This document shows positions 7,393 to 16,336 of a stretch of 48,153 nucleotides of DNA, one piece after another. Position 1 is the stretch's first letter, and each line of letters opens with the position of its first letter. The stretch spans positions 33,087 to 81,239 of the forward strand of contig CAYSOV010000001.1 of NCBI GenBank assembly GCA_964432785.1, read 5' to 3'. Source of the stretch: an uncultured Gammaproteobacteria bacterium (lineage in GTDB: Bacteria > Patescibacteriota > Microgenomatia > UBA8517 > UBA10165). The notes under the pieces were generated by a model, which was given only the letters and a program-made list of their open reading frames with translations, was not told the origin of the DNA and did no database searches. Both the position numbers and the translations under genes were made by a program.

Positions 7393-7835
7393 TTAACCAG
7401 CGTTCCTCCGGCGGCCTCAATCTTTTGGACCGCACCCCGAGTTGCGGGCAAGGCAATTGTTAATTTTTTGGACAACCCTCCGGCGCCAAGCAATTTAACT
7501 CCCGTTTTTTTTGCGTCAGGCGAGATGATTCCGGCTTTGACTAAAAGTTCTATATTGACAAGTGCTCCCACGGGTAGGGAATCAAGCTTCCCTATGTCTA
7601 TAGTAACAGGTTTTTGCCGACGGCTTTTAAGCCTCCCTTTCCCTCGCAAGAGGGGCAGACGCTGAATAAGAGACTTCTTTGTTTTTGCCCCTTCGAATAA
7701 GGGGTGAATTTTACCTCTTGTTTTTTGTCCTTTTTGACCCCTGCTTGAGGTATGCCCGCCCCGGCCCGACCCGTAACCCCGGCCCAGCCTTTTCTTGCCT
7801 TTTTGAACAATTTTAGGAAGCTCGTGAATTCTCAT
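7389..7835 (-). CDS. rplO: 50S ribosomal protein uL15
   Basis: ATG at 7835 (MRIHELPKI...) lies 7 nt after AGGAGG. GRGYGSGRGGHTSSRGQKGQK. The longer tracked ORF is an extension. Confidence 0.92.
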   Translation of the reverse strand: MRIHELPKIVQKGKKRLGRGYGSGRGGHTSSRGQKGQKTRGKIHPLFEGAKTKKSLIQRLPLLRGKGRLKSRRQKPVTIDIGKLDSLPVGALVNIELLVKAGIISPDAKKTGVKLLGAGGLSKKLTIALPATRGAVQKIEAAGGTLVK

Positions 7836-8313
7836 TTTTAACCTCCTTTTTGTCTGCCAATTGGCCAAGTTGCCTGAAGGCTTCTATTGCCGCGTAGACA
7901 TTGGCCATTTTATTGTTACTGCCAAGCATTTTTGCGACAATATCTCTTATCCCCGATGCTTCTATAACCGCCCGCAGCGGGCCTCCGGCTATAATGCCCG
8001 AGCCGCTTGTGACAGGCTTCAGGAGTATTTTTGCCGCTCCGTGTTTAACCCTAATCTCATAAGGGATCGTTGTCCCGCGAAGAGGAACCGTAACCATTCG
8101 TTTCTTAGCATAGACAATTGCTTTTCGTATTGCCGAAACAACATCCGGGGCCTTGCCGACCCCCAGTCCAACCTTTCCTTTTCTGTCCCCCACGACAACC
8201 AAGACGGAAAACCTAATTTGATTTCCGCCCTTGGTTTTTTTTGAAACTCTTCTTACTTCTATTACCGTTTCTTGGTAATCGCGGGCTTGGTTTTCGCCAA
8301 AATTACTATTCAT
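7813..8313 (-). CDS. rpsE: 30S ribosomal protein uS5
   Basis: ATG at 8313 (MNSNFGENQ...), 4 nt after the rplR stop. VRRVSKKTKGG..F..LVVVGD..GKVGLGVGKA. The 3' end overlaps rplO by 23 nt, leaving no room for rpmD. Confidence 0.92.
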   Translation of the reverse strand: MNSNFGENQARDYQETVIEVRRVSKKTKGGNQIRFSVLVVVGDRKGKVGLGVGKAPDVVSAIRKAIVYAKKRMVTVPLRGTTIPYEIRVKHGAAKILLKPVTSGSGIIAGGPLRAVIEASGIRDIVAKMLGSNNKMANVYAAIEAFRQLGQLADKKEVKNENSRAS

Positions 8314-8317
8314 GAGA

Positions 8318-8650
8318 CTAGAAAGATAAACCTCCTTTCCTCGCCGCCTCTGCCAAGGCCCTGACTCGGCCGTGATAGGTATATCTTCCTCGATCAAACA
8401 CAACCTCCTTAACCTTCTTCTCTTTGGCCCTTTGGGCCAAAAGTGCTCCAACCCTGCTTGCCGTTTCAACATCCTTTGCCCCGGTCTCTCCCAAATCCGT
8501 GTCTTTGGCCGCAACAAGGGTGCGCCCTTTCCCGTCGTTGATTATCTGGGCATAAATGTGTTTATTTGAGACAAACACCGACAGTCTTGGCCTCGCGGAT
8601 CGGCCCCGTAATTTTGCCCGCACCCTCTCTTTTCTTGTCTTTGTTTTCAT
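8318..8650 (-). CDS. rplR: 50S ribosomal protein uL18
   Basis: ...[29 protein letters not shown]... Confidence 0.92.
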   Translation of the reverse strand: MKTKTRKERVRAKLRGRSARPRLSVFVSNKHIYAQIINDGKGRTLVAAKDTDLGETGAKDVETASRVGALLAQRAKEKKVKEVVFDRGRYTYHGRVRALAEAARKGGLSF

Positions 8651-8658
8651 ATTTGTAT

Positions 8659-9207
8659 TTAGGCTGCTGCCCCTACCTTTGCCGCTTTACCGGGTTTTCT
8701 TGCCACTTCTTCGCCAAGATAGCGTATACCCTTGCCCTTATAGGGCTCCGGTGGGCGCACCCGTCTCATGTTGGCGGCTACTTGGCCAACCAAATGCTTA
8801 TCGTAACCTGCGACCTTTATTCTGTTTTCCTCAACGGCAAAGGATATCCCCTCCGGGGGCTCTACTACAACCGGATGAGAAAACCCGACACTTAGAACTA
8901 TATTCTTCCCGTCCATTCTCGCTCTGTATCCGGTGCCAACAAGCTCCAAAATCCTTTCCCATCCCTGGGAAACTCCTTTAACCGCGGACAAGAGGAGCCT
9001 AAAGAAAAGACCCTGCATGCTTTTTATTGGCTTTTCATTCCCCTCTCTGTCAACAAAAACATTATCCGCCTCTATCCTAACCTTCAATGTTCTTGGCACC
9101 TCAAAAGAGAGTTCACCTTTCGGACCAAGAATGCGCACCTTGCCGTTTTCGGCAAATATTTTTACTCCTTCTTCTATTTTTATCGGTTTTTTTGCAATTT
9201 TACTCAT
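8659..9207 (-). CDS. rplF: 50S ribosomal protein uL6
   Basis: ...[24 protein letters not shown]... and [11 protein letters not shown]. Confidence 0.93.
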   Translation of the reverse strand: MSKIAKKPIKIEEGVKIFAENGKVRILGPKGELSFEVPRTLKVRIEADNVFVDREGNEKPIKSMQGLFFRLLLSAVKGVSQGWERILELVGTGYRARMDGKNIVLSVGFSHPVVVEPPEGISFAVEENRIKVAGYDKHLVGQVAANMRRVRPPEPYKGKGIRYLGEEVARKPGKAAKVGAAA

Positions 9208-9219
9208 GTTTTAATTTTC

Positions 9220-9600
9220 CTACCATACTTCTCCCAATACTTCTCCTCCTAAATTTTTCTTCCGGGCCTCTTTGCTGGACATAACTCCTTCTGGGGTTGA
9301 AACTATGGAAATACCTGCCCCGCCCAGCGGCCGCGGCAACGTGTCCGCCTTTCTATAAATACGCATGCCGGGTCGCGAAACATTCCTAATGCCGGTAATA
9401 AGCGGCTGTCTTCTTTTGTAAGTAAGGGTAAGCAACAATTCATTGCCCTGTTTTTTTACATCCGATAAATAGCCCTCTTTTTTCAAAACAAGCGAGACCG
9501 CGTATTTTAGCTTTGAATAAGGAGCACTTACCTCCCTATTACGGCTTTTTACGGCGTTTCTTACTCTGGTTAATAAATCGCCGACCGGATAGGTTATCAT
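9220..9600 (-). CDS. rpsH: 30S ribosomal protein uS8
   Basis: ATG at 9600 (MITYPVGDLLTRVRNA...), 1 nt after the rpsN stop. The upstream part of the tracked ORF overlaps rpsN and is rejected. Confidence 0.92.
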   Translation of the reverse strand: MITYPVGDLLTRVRNAVKSRNREVSAPYSKLKYAVSLVLKKEGYLSDVKKQGNELLLTLTYKRRQPLITGIRNVSRPGMRIYRKADTLPRPLGGAGISIVSTPEGVMSSKEARKKNLGGEVLGEVW

Positions 9601-9601
9601 G

Positions 9602-9787
9602 TTACCAGGAAGCCTTTCTAATCCCGGGAATTTGGCCGCGGGATGCAAATTCTCTGAAACAAAGCCGGCAAAGGCCGAACTTGCGTATATACCCTCTTGC
9701 GCGACCGCACCGTTGACACCTGTTGTGGTATCGCACTTTGTACTTAAGCTTTTTCTTTTCTCGTTCAATTTTTGACTTTTTAGCCAT
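9602..9787 (-). CDS. rpsN: 30S ribosomal protein uS14, zinc-binding type Z
   Basis: ATG at 9787 ([13 protein letters not shown]...) after GGAGGGAGC. 61 aa with CQRCGR...CRLCFR. Confidence 0.92.
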   Translation of the reverse strand: MAKKSKIEREKKKLKYKVRYHNRCQRCGRARGYIRKFGLCRLCFREFASRGQIPGIRKASW

Positions 9788-9848
9788 GCTCCCTCCGGTC
9801 AAACTAAAAACTTAAAGCGAAAAGTGTAAAATGACATATTAAAATTTT
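9788..9848 (-). repeat. IGR-A copy 2 (leader cassette upstream of rpsN)
   Basis: The coding strand reads ttttaatatgtcattttacacttttcgctttaagtttttagtttgaccggagggagc-ATG. The 15-mer at 9833..9847 equals 13574..13588. Confidence 0.8.
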
Positions 9849-9874
9849 GAATTTTAAATTGTATTTTTTCATTT

Positions 9875-10420
9875 TTAATTTTTCTCAAACGGCATTCCTA
9901 ATTCTTCAAGCAATCGCATAGACCTCTCTTTGTCGTGCGTACTGGTCACTATTGTAATCTCAAGCCCTCTTACCTTGCCAACTTTGGCTATATCTATTTC
10001 GGGAAAAACAGTGTGCTCCGCTATCCCAAGGGTATAATTACCGCTTGTATCAAACGCCTTTTTTGAAACTCCTTTGAAATCTCTTAGGCGAGGAAGCACG
10101 ATGCGAAACAGCTTTTCCAAAAAGCCATGCATCCTCTTTCCCCTTAGGGTAGCTGCAATCCCCACCGGCTGACCCCGCCTTGTGGCAAAACCCGAAATAG
10201 ACTTCTTGGCCTTTCGCACTGCCGGTTTTTGCCCTGTAATACTTGCCAAATCCCGAAGGACTTTTTCTTGCTCCTCTTTACTGTCCTTAGCGTCCCCAAT
10301 TCCCGTATTTATCACAACCTTAAGAACTCTAGGTACGGCCATCGCGTTATCGAGGCTAAATTCCTCCTTTAGTTTTGCCGCTATCTTTGTTTGATAGTTT
10401 TCTAAGAACCCTTGGGTCAT
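9875..10420 (-). CDS. rplE: 50S ribosomal protein uL5
   Basis: ...VPRVLKVVINTGIG... and GNYTLGIAEHTVFPEI. Confidence 0.93.
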   Translation of the reverse strand: MTQGFLENYQTKIAAKLKEEFSLDNAMAVPRVLKVVINTGIGDAKDSKEEQEKVLRDLASITGQKPAVRKAKKSISGFATRRGQPVGIAATLRGKRMHGFLEKLFRIVLPRLRDFKGVSKKAFDTSGNYTLGIAEHTVFPEIDIAKVGKVRGLEITIVTSTHDKERSMRLLEELGMPFEKN

Positions 10421-10743
10421 TTTTTACCTTCCTTTATAACAATTTCTCTTTTACACTTTGCACAAATTCTCATCTTTATCCCCTTTTTGTCAACTCTAAA
10501 ACCTACCCGTGTTTGCTTTCCGCATTGAGGGCAAATAAGCGCCACGTTGCCCGGGGAAAGGGGTCTGGCAAACTCAAATATTCCCCCCTTTTCTCCCCCA
10601 AAGCTCTTTCTTGTTCTTTTATATATATTCACACCCGGAACCAGAATTTTTCCTATGGCGGGAAAAACTTTCTCTATCTTTCCTTTTTTACTCTTATCTT
10701 TACCCGCTGTTATTATGATTTCGTCACCAATTCTAAGTTTCAT
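10417..10743 (-). CDS. rplX: 50S ribosomal protein uL24 (with C-terminal Cys4 ribbon)
   Basis: KOW motif GDEIIITAGKDKSKKGKI. CPQCG...CAKC near the C-terminus, as in some thermophile L24 proteins. ATGA overlap with rplE. Confidence 0.92.
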   Translation of the reverse strand: MKLRIGDEIIITAGKDKSKKGKIEKVFPAIGKILVPGVNIYKRTRKSFGGEKGGIFEFARPLSPGNVALICPQCGKQTRVGFRVDKKGIKMRICAKCKREIVIKEGKK

Positions 10744-10779
10744 TGCTTGTAATTTTTCATTTTTATTTTTTGATTTTGC

Positions 10780-11145
10780 TTAGACAACCTCCTGCGCCAG
10801 GGAGGCAATTTTTAAAAACCCTGCATCTTTTACCTCTTTGGCAACTGGGCCGAATATGCGCGTTCCTCGCGGACTACCCTGATTATCAATAATTACGGCT
10901 GCGTTTTCGTCAAAGCGAACATAGCTTCCGTCTTTTCTTCTCTGCTCCTTTTTGGTCCGCACAATGACTATCCTTACCTTTTCCCTGTCTTTAACCACTC
11001 CGGTCGGAGAAGCCCCGTCAACAACCGCGTTCACCACATCGCCAATTCCGGCCTTGAGTTTATTCGATCCCGGAATTCCAATAACCCGAAGCCTTTTTGC
11101 TCCCGAGTTATCGGCCGGTGTCAAAACAGAGCGCAATTGTATCAT
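10780..11145 (-). CDS. rplN: 50S ribosomal protein uL14
   Basis: [23 protein letters not shown]... Confidence 0.94.
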   Translation of the reverse strand: MIQLRSVLTPADNSGAKRLRVIGIPGSNKLKAGIGDVVNAVVDGASPTGVVKDREKVRIVIVRTKKEQRRKDGSYVRFDENAAVIIDNQGSPRGTRIFGPVAKEVKDAGFLKIASLAQEVV

Positions 11146-11468
11146 TTTTTGCTCCTTAGTATCTTCCGTTTTTTTGCTTTTCCGTTCTTCTGTTTTTCGG
11201 TCCCTTTTGCCTGCCCCGCCTCTGGTGAGGCTTCTTGTTTTCTACTCATCACTTCTATAATCTTCCACCTTTTTGCCTTTGACAGAGGCCGTGTTTCCGC
11301 AAAGCGAACCGTATCTCCTTCCTTTGCTCCAACGCTGTCATGGACCGGGTATCTTTTGGTCCTCCTCACGCGCTTTTCGTAAAGCGGATGTGCCCAAAAG
11401 CGCTCAACCTCAACTATTGTCGTTTTTTGGCCGCTTATGCTTTTAACTTTTCCTAAAAATATCTTCAT
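11142..11468 (-). CDS. rpsQ: 30S ribosomal protein uS17
   Basis: ...[30 protein letters not shown]... plus a Lys-rich C-terminal tail of about 30 aa. ATGA overlap with rplN. Confidence 0.92.
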   Translation of the reverse strand: MKIFLGKVKSISGQKTTIVEVERFWAHPLYEKRVRRTKRYPVHDSVGAKEGDTVRFAETRPLSKAKRWKIIEVMSRKQEASPEAGQAKGTEKQKNGKAKKRKILRSKK

Positions 11469-11481
11469 CCTTCGACTTTGT

Positions 11482-11694
11482 TCAGGACAAATGTCCCTCT
11501 CCTTTCTTTTGGCTCAAGACAGTCAGTGCCTGCGCAACATCGCGCCTCAAGTTTTTGGCCTGCCTTATATTTTTATGCCTGCCTATAGCCATCTCTCCCC
11601 ACATCTTCTTCAATTCTGCCTTCTTCTTGCCAACAAAAGAAGAGATCTCGACCGGTGTTTTTGCTCGCAAATCGCTTAATTCGTTTTTTTTCAT
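11482..11694 (-). CDS. rpmC: 50S ribosomal protein uL29
   Basis: ATG at 11694 (MKKNELSDLRAKTPVEI...), 4 nt after the rplP stop. Confidence 0.9.
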   Translation of the reverse strand: MKKNELSDLRAKTPVEISSFVGKKKAELKKMWGEMAIGRHKNIRQAKNLRRDVAQALTVLSQKKGEGHLS

Positions 11695-11698
11695 TTTC

Positions 11699-12106
11699 TT
11701 AATCTCTTGTAACCATCTTCGCTCCAAAAGGAAGCTTGGCAGAAGCCCTTTTGAACGCCTCGACAGCAATATCTTGGGAAACTCCGGCTACCTCAAAAAG
11801 TACCCTGCCCGGTTTAATAACCGCTACATATTCTTTTATGTCGCCTTTTCCTCCGCCCATGCGAACCCCTGCGGCCCTTGCGGTTACCGGCTTATCGGGA
11901 AAGATCCTTACCCAAATTTTACCCCCCCTGTGAGTCATGTGGGATATGGCGCGGCGGGCCGCTTCTATTTGCGCCGCGGTCACCCAGCCACGGCCAAGGC
12001 TTTTTAAGCCGTACTCGCCGAAACTCACAGTATTGCCCCTTTGGGCCAAACCCCGCCGCCTCCCTCTAAATTGCTTTCTGTATTTCTGCCGCTTAGGTTG
12101 TAGCAT
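11699..12106 (-). CDS. rplP: 50S ribosomal protein uL16
   Basis: [34 protein letters not shown]... Confidence 0.94.
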   Translation of the reverse strand: MLQPKRQKYRKQFRGRRRGLAQRGNTVSFGEYGLKSLGRGWVTAAQIEAARRAISHMTHRGGKIWVRIFPDKPVTARAAGVRMGGGKGDIKEYVAVIKPGRVLFEVAGVSQDIAVEAFKRASAKLPFGAKMVTRD

Positions 12107-12752
12107 ATCCTTTTCCTTTGTAAATCCAAACCTTTATCCCGACATACCCTCTTTTGAGAAGGGCGCGGTTTTCCGCATAATCAATGTCGGCCCGCAAACT
12201 CTGGGTTGGAACAGAGCCGCGGTGATACTTCTCTTTCCTTGCAATTTCCGCTCCTTCTATTCGTCCGGCAAGAGCAACTTTTATTCCTTTGGCTCCGGCT
12301 GCCATCACACGGTCAATGGCTTTGTTAACAACCCTTCTGTGCGGCAGTCTCCTCTCAAACTCGGAGACAATGCGCTGACCAACAAGCTTTGCCGAAAGCT
12401 CGGGGTTTTTAACCTCCTCAACTTGAATATCAACACGGGGGGCTCCGGGGTCGCCCGGACGAAAGCCGAGCTTCTCAAGAATAAAGTTCCTTGTCTCTTC
12501 AATTCCTACCCCTCCCCTTCCTATAACAATTCCCGGTCTCGCTACTTGAGTTTTTATAGTAATGCTTTTGGGCAAGCGCTCTATCTCTATATCGTGAACT
12601 CCGGCCAGCTTTAGCCTCTCTTCAAGAAAATGGCGCAGAGCTATGTCCTCAAGCAATAATTTTTTGTACTCACCGGTTCCCGGAAACCATCGGGATTTCC
12701 ATCCCCTGCTTACACCAACTCTAAAGCTTACCGGATTAACTTTCTGTCCCAT
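12093..12752 (-). CDS. rpsC: 30S ribosomal protein uS3
   Basis: ATG at 12752 ([13 protein letters not shown]...) after GGGAGG. KH domain plus uS3 C-terminal domain. Confidence 0.93.
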   Translation of the reverse strand: MGQKVNPVSFRVGVSRGWKSRWFPGTGEYKKLLLEDIALRHFLEERLKLAGVHDIEIERLPKSITIKTQVARPGIVIGRGGVGIEETRNFILEKLGFRPGDPGAPRVDIQVEEVKNPELSAKLVGQRIVSEFERRLPHRRVVNKAIDRVMAAGAKGIKVALAGRIEGAEIARKEKYHRGSVPTQSLRADIDYAENRALLKRGYVGIKVWIYKGKGYATT

Positions 12753-12812
12753 ATTCCTCCCTTTGGTCGTCAAACGAAAAAATTAAAATGTAGAATGAAA
12801 AATTTTTCATTT
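12753..12812 (-). repeat. IGR-A copy 3 (leader cassette upstream of rpsC, more diverged)
   Basis: The coding strand reads ttcattctacattttaattttttcgtttgacgaccaaagggaggaat-ATG. Same module order as the other IGR-A copies. Confidence 0.6.
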
Positions 12813-13175
12813 TTATATATCGTTTTTATCTTTTCTTTTTTCATTCTTTGTTTCAAGAATCACTTTTATATGGCTTGTCTTCTTTTTTATCGGATGCGCT
12901 CTTCCACGCGATACGGGCCGAAAGCGTTTGTAAACAGGCCCCTGGTTAACAACAAGCTCTTTTATTAAAAGATCATTCCCTGAAAGATTGGTTCTGTTCT
13001 TGGCGTTGGCAAGCGCCTGCTTTAGGACCTTTTGTATCGGAAAAGCCGCTCTCTTTCCTACGTGCTCCAAATAATCCACGGCTTGCAGGGGCCGCATTCC
13101 TCGAACCAAATCGGCAACCAGCCGCAATTTTCTTGGGCTTGTCCGTAAATATTTTTGTTCAGCCTTGATTAACAT
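12813..13175 (-). CDS. rplV: 50S ribosomal protein uL22
   Basis: ...AEQKYLRTSPRKLRLVADLVRG... Confidence 0.93.
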   Translation of the reverse strand: MLIKAEQKYLRTSPRKLRLVADLVRGMRPLQAVDYLEHVGKRAAFPIQKVLKQALANAKNRTNLSGNDLLIKELVVNQGPVYKRFRPVSRGRAHPIKKKTSHIKVILETKNEKRKDKNDI

Positions 13176-13243
13176 ATTTCTATTGCGCTATTTTCTATTT
13201 CACTATATTTAGCAAATAGAAAATGAAAATATAGAAAATATTC
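13176..13243 (-). repeat. IGR-C copy 1 (aaatagaaaat-type leader upstream of rplV)
   Basis: The coding strand reads ...cattttctatttgctaaatatagtgaaatagaaaatagcgcaatagaaat-ATG. The 12-mer caaatagaaaat at 13213..13224 equals 43057..43068. Internal inverted repeat attttctattt/aaatagaaaat. Confidence 0.7.
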
Positions 13244-13528
13244 TTATGTTTTCTCGATTATTCTCTTAACAACCTGTCCGTGTCCTCTAAATATTCTTGT
13301 TGGAGCAAATTCCCCCAGCCTGTGTCCGACCATATCCTCGCTCACAAAAACTTCAATAAAGTTCTTGCCGTTATGAACCAAAAACCTATGGCCGACAAAC
13401 TCGGGCGGGATTTGCGAAGCCCTTGCCCAAGTCTTTACAGGCTCTTTTTTTTCGCCGCCGGCAAGCCTCTCCACTTTTTTCAGGAGTTTTTGGTCAATGT
13501 ATGGCCCTTTTTTAGAACTTCTGCTCAT
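13244..13528 (-). CDS. rpsS: 30S ribosomal protein uS19
   Basis: [19 protein letters not shown]... and [34 protein letters not shown]. Confidence 0.94.
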   Translation of the reverse strand: MSRSSKKGPYIDQKLLKKVERLAGGEKKEPVKTWARASQIPPEFVGHRFLVHNGKNFIEVFVSEDMVGHRLGEFAPTRIFRGHGQVVKRIIEKT

Positions 13529-13588
13529 ATTCCCTTCGGTTAAATTAAAAGTTTAAAATGAAAGATGTAAAACGACATATTAAAATTT
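13529..13588 (-). repeat. IGR-A copy 4 (leader cassette upstream of rpsS)
   Basis: The coding strand reads ttttaatatgtcgttttacatctttcattttaaacttttaatttaaccgaagggaat-ATG. By eye it matches copy 2 at most positions over about 55 nt. Confidence 0.8.
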
Positions 13589-13619
13589 AAAATTTTCTTT
13601 TTTATTTTTTAGTTTTTAG

Positions 13620-14369
13620 TTATCTAGCTCCGTAACCTATTTTTCTTTTTTTGGCAATCAAACCATCGGAATATTTTTTCGGCTTCCTTGTTTTTACGCC
13701 TCTTGCCGGCTTTCCCCAGGGAGTTTTTGGCGGCATGCCCTCGCCGGATCTTCCCTCTCCGCCTCCATGCGGATGGGCTCCGGGATGCATAGCGGTTCCT
13801 CTAACCCTCGGTCTTATTCCCATGTGCCTTCTTCTTCCCGCCTTCCCCAACCTCTTCCTCTCAACCCTTACTACCTGACCAATGGTCGCATAGGCAGCCT
13901 GCGGAAACCTGCGTATTTCTCCCGAGGGGAGTTTAACCAAAACCCAACTCTCCTCTTTTCCCTGAACGACGGCTGCTGTACCCGTGCCCCTTACAAACTG
14001 CCCTCCTTTTCCCGGCCTAAGCTCAATATTATGAATTAATGTGCCAACCGGAATCATGCTTAAAGGAAGAGCGTTTCCGGGTTTAATTAGAGCAGAGTCC
14101 CCTGCCTCAATTTTTTCTCCAACGGCCATTCCCTCCGGCGCAAGTATATAGCCGCGCTCACCGTCGTCATACAAAAGCCTTGCCAATCTTGCCGTTCTGT
14201 TGGGATCGTATTCGATGCCTTCGACGGTGGCTGGAACTCCCCGCTTGGCACGCACAAAATCTACCTCGCGCAAAAACCTCTTTTGCCGGCCGCCCTGGTG
14301 CCGAACGGCTACATGCCCCAAAAACCCTCGTCCCGATTTCTTTTTTAAGATTCTTCTTAATCTTCTCAT
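13620..14369 (-). CDS. rplB: 50S ribosomal protein uL2
   Basis: ATG at 14369 ([15 protein letters not shown]...), 1 nt after the rplW stop. ...[20 protein letters not shown]... Confidence 0.92.
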   Translation of the reverse strand: MRRLRRILKKKSGRGFLGHVAVRHQGGRQKRFLREVDFVRAKRGVPATVEGIEYDPNRTARLARLLYDDGERGYILAPEGMAVGEKIEAGDSALIKPGNALPLSMIPVGTLIHNIELRPGKGGQFVRGTGTAAVVQGKEESWVLVKLPSGEIRRFPQAAYATIGQVVRVERKRLGKAGRRRHMGIRPRVRGTAMHPGAHPHGGGEGRSGEGMPPKTPWGKPARGVKTRKPKKYSDGLIAKKRKIGYGAR

Positions 14370-14370
14370 T

Positions 14371-14760
14371 TTATCCCTTTTTGTTTTTTGCTTTTTGCCT
14401 GCCCGCCGAAGCCTTGGCGAAGGCGGGTTTTTTGCTCGCCTCGCTCGCGCTCTGGCGAAGCGGGCTTTTCGCTTCTTTCTTCGTCTCAAAAAGATCGATT
14501 TTATCGTCTTTGCCAACCCTAACAATAGCAAGCTTTCTGTCCGCGGTTTTCACCGATAATCTTTTCCTGCCGGCCTTTTTTAGCTTCCCCCTTAATGTCT
14601 TTGTCCTAACGCGTTGAACCGTAACCCCAAAAATATCCTCAACGGCCTTTCTAATTTGATGTTTTGTCAAACTTGAGTCAACCAAAAACGTATATTCCTT
14701 GACCTCGGCCATTCTCATCGATTTCTCGGAAATAACAGGCAATAAGAAGGCGTTACTCAT
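14371..14760 (-). CDS. rplW: 50S ribosomal protein uL23 with a repeat-encoded C-terminal tail
   Basis: ATG at 14760 ([14 protein letters not shown]...) overlaps the rplD stop by 8 nt. The core is followed by a tail of about 35 aa, ...[32 protein letters not shown]. Confidence 0.9.
   Translation of the reverse strand: MSNAFLLPVISEKSMRMAEVKEYTFLVDSSLTKHQIRKAVEDIFGVTVQRVRTKTLRGKLKKAGRKRLSVKTADRKLAIVRVGKDDKIDLFETKKEAKSPLRQSASEASKKPAFAKASAGRQKAKNKKG
14401..14466. repeat. GC-rich repeat inside the rplW tail: a CCGCC/GGCGG hairpin plus an inverted copy of the pnp 30-nt unit
   Basis: The reverse complement of 14435..14466 is agcccgcttcgccagagcgcgagcgaggcgag, which matches the pnp unit agcccgcttcgccaaagcgcgagcgaggcgag at 31 of 32 positions. 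14402..14427 reads cccgcc...ggcggg. Confidence 0.85.
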
Positions 14761-15424
14761 TTTCCCTCTCCTTTTTTCCTGGCGCAAAACGCGACTCCAG
14801 TGTTTTTACTGCCTCTTTGGTTAACAATACATTTTTCCCTGCCAAAACATGATAGGCGGAAAGCTGGGAAGCGGGAATCGGTAAAACCCCTTCTATATTC
14901 CTTGCGGCGCGAAACAAATTGCCGGTTCCCTCGTGAACCATGGTCGCACCTTTTATGCCGAGCTTCTCCAAAAGCACGGCAATCTTTTTTGTCTTCGGTT
15001 CGATTTTTTCTATATCCGCAACGAAAAATTCCTTTCCCGCAAGTTTACTCGAGAGGGCGTGAACAAGTGCCAACCGGCGCATCTTTTGTGGGAAAAAAAG
15101 CCGAGGCCGAGTACCCTTCGGTCCGTGGGCTACCCCGCCCCCTACATAAATAGGAGCACTTTGCGCACCATGGCGCGCTCCGCCCGTACCTTTTTGTCTA
15201 TAAACCTTGCGGGTTGTAGCCCTTACTTCCCCGCGTCCTTTTGCTTTTGCACCCGCTGTCCTTTGGTTTGCCAGATAAACACGGACTGCTTGCGCAAGAA
15301 GATCGGAATTTGGTTTTTGCCCAAAGATCCTCTCCGGTAGGGTCATTGTCCCGCTTTTTGTACCATCAGCTGTATAAACGGGAATTATTAGCCCACGCAC
15401 CGTTTTATGTCTTTTAGCTGCCAT
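14753..15424 (-). CDS. rplD: 50S ribosomal protein uL4
   Basis: ...QKGTGGARHGAQSAPIYVGGGVAHGPK... Confidence 0.93.
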   Translation of the reverse strand: MAAKRHKTVRGLIIPVYTADGTKSGTMTLPERIFGQKPNSDLLAQAVRVYLANQRTAGAKAKGRGEVRATTRKVYRQKGTGGARHGAQSAPIYVGGGVAHGPKGTRPRLFFPQKMRRLALVHALSSKLAGKEFFVADIEKIEPKTKKIAVLLEKLGIKGATMVHEGTGNLFRAARNIEGVLPIPASQLSAYHVLAGKNVLLTKEAVKTLESRFAPGKKERENE

Positions 15425-16106
15425 TTTCCTCCTCTCCTACTAAAGGCTCAAATTTCTTGTTCTCGCCAAGCTTTCTGATAATCAACTTTGTTCCCCGGCT
15501 TCCCGGCACGAGCCCGGAAAGCCAAAGCTCTTCTTTCCCTTCGTCCACTTTCAAAACCGTTAAGTTGCCAACCGTAACTTTCTCTTGCCCCATTCTGCCC
15601 GCCATTTTTTTCCCTTTCAGAACCCTGCCCGGTGTCGTACCCCGGCCTATGGAACCCGGTGCACGAAGCCTGTCTGACTGACCGTGGGTTTTTGGGCCGC
15701 CGGCAAACCTCCAGCGTTTTACAACTCCCGCAAACCCCTTGCCTTTGGAAACGCCTGTTACCCGGACGAGGTCCCCGGGTTTTAGAACATCTGCCGGCCC
15801 GATAACATCTCCGACGCTATATTTGGTGGCGCCGGAATCTGTCCGAATTTCTTTTAAGAAACGCGGGGCAGTCTTGCTTTCTTGGTTTAAAATTTTTTTA
15901 AGGTGGCCCAGAAGGGGCTTTGTAAGATGCTTGAATTTGCGGGTTCCAAATCCTACCTGAACTGCGGCATACCCATCTTTCTCTTTAGCCTTAACCTGCG
16001 TGACGATATTCGGACCCGTCCTAACAACAGTCACAGGAACCCGAACACCCGATTGGGTAAAGGCCTGTCCCATGTGTGATTTAGTTCCTAAAATCGTGTC
16101 TATCAT
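15414..16106 (-). CDS. rplC: 50S ribosomal protein uL3
   Basis: MIDTILGTKSHMGQAFTQSGVRVPVTVV... and FAGGPKTHGQSDRLRAPGSIG. GAGG lies 7 nt upstream of the ATG. Confidence 0.93.
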   Translation of the reverse strand: MIDTILGTKSHMGQAFTQSGVRVPVTVVRTGPNIVTQVKAKEKDGYAAVQVGFGTRKFKHLTKPLLGHLKKILNQESKTAPRFLKEIRTDSGATKYSVGDVIGPADVLKPGDLVRVTGVSKGKGFAGVVKRWRFAGGPKTHGQSDRLRAPGSIGRGTTPGRVLKGKKMAGRMGQEKVTVGNLTVLKVDEGKEELWLSGLVPGSRGTKLIIRKLGENKKFEPLVGEEENGS

Positions 16107-16128
16107 ACTTCTGCCTCACATTGAAGCT

Positions 16129-16213
16129 CCGAGGGCTAAGAGCCCTCGGAATCTTCGTCCGCGCTCCTTCGGAGCGAAAATCCGCCGAAGCGAATTTGCT
16201 TCGCGAAGGCGGA
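16129..16213 (-). other. Array of three perfect GC hairpins in the rpsJ-rplC spacer
   Basis: CCGAGGGCT-aag-AGCCCTCGG (16129..16149). CGCTCC-ttc-GGAGCG (16162..16176). TCCGCC-GAAGC-gaattt-GCTTC-gcgaa-GGCGGA (16181..16213). Confidence 0.7.
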
Positions 16214-16215
16214 CT

Positions 16216-16241
16216 AAAAAGGGCGCCCTAGAGCGCCCTTT
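16216..16241 (-). terminator. Intrinsic terminator or attenuator hairpin between rpsJ and rplC
   Basis: The minus strand reads aaaGGGCGC-tctagg-GCGCCCttttt: a 6-bp GC stem extendable by A-U pairs, followed by T5. Confidence 0.5.
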
Positions 16242-16306
16242 GCTACCTTTGCACTCCCGGCAAAACTCGTTTACGAAGGCCCGGTAACCACCTCCACGAT
16301 GGGCAT

Positions 16307-16336
16307 AGTATATCAAATTAGAACGGGGTGTTGCAA
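16307..16336 (-). promoter_or_regulatory. Candidate sigma70-type promoter inside the S10 cluster
   Basis: Minus strand: TTGCAA (16336..16331), 15 nt, TGa, TATACT (16312..16307). Same architecture as the candidates at 18055, 30547 and 48055. Confidence 0.5.

Noticed and set aside
11937-12614. Long plus-strand ORFs antisense to conserved genes: 225 aa here, and also 18483..19169, 24265..24795, 33324..33845, 35586..36029 and 45416..46162.
   Set aside because: Each lies entirely within a strongly conserved minus-strand gene. Their translations are low-complexity and Ser/Pro/Arg/Leu-rich, and none has a start context. These are typical shadow ORFs.
16116-16316. 66-aa minus-strand ORF (MIYYAHRGGGYRAF...) in the rpsJ-rplC spacer.
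   Set aside because: It starts at a TTG that overlaps the TGa extension and -10 box of the promoter candidate. Its Arg/Gly-rich sequence simply reads through four GC hairpins and a terminator. I treat the region as RNA or regulatory.
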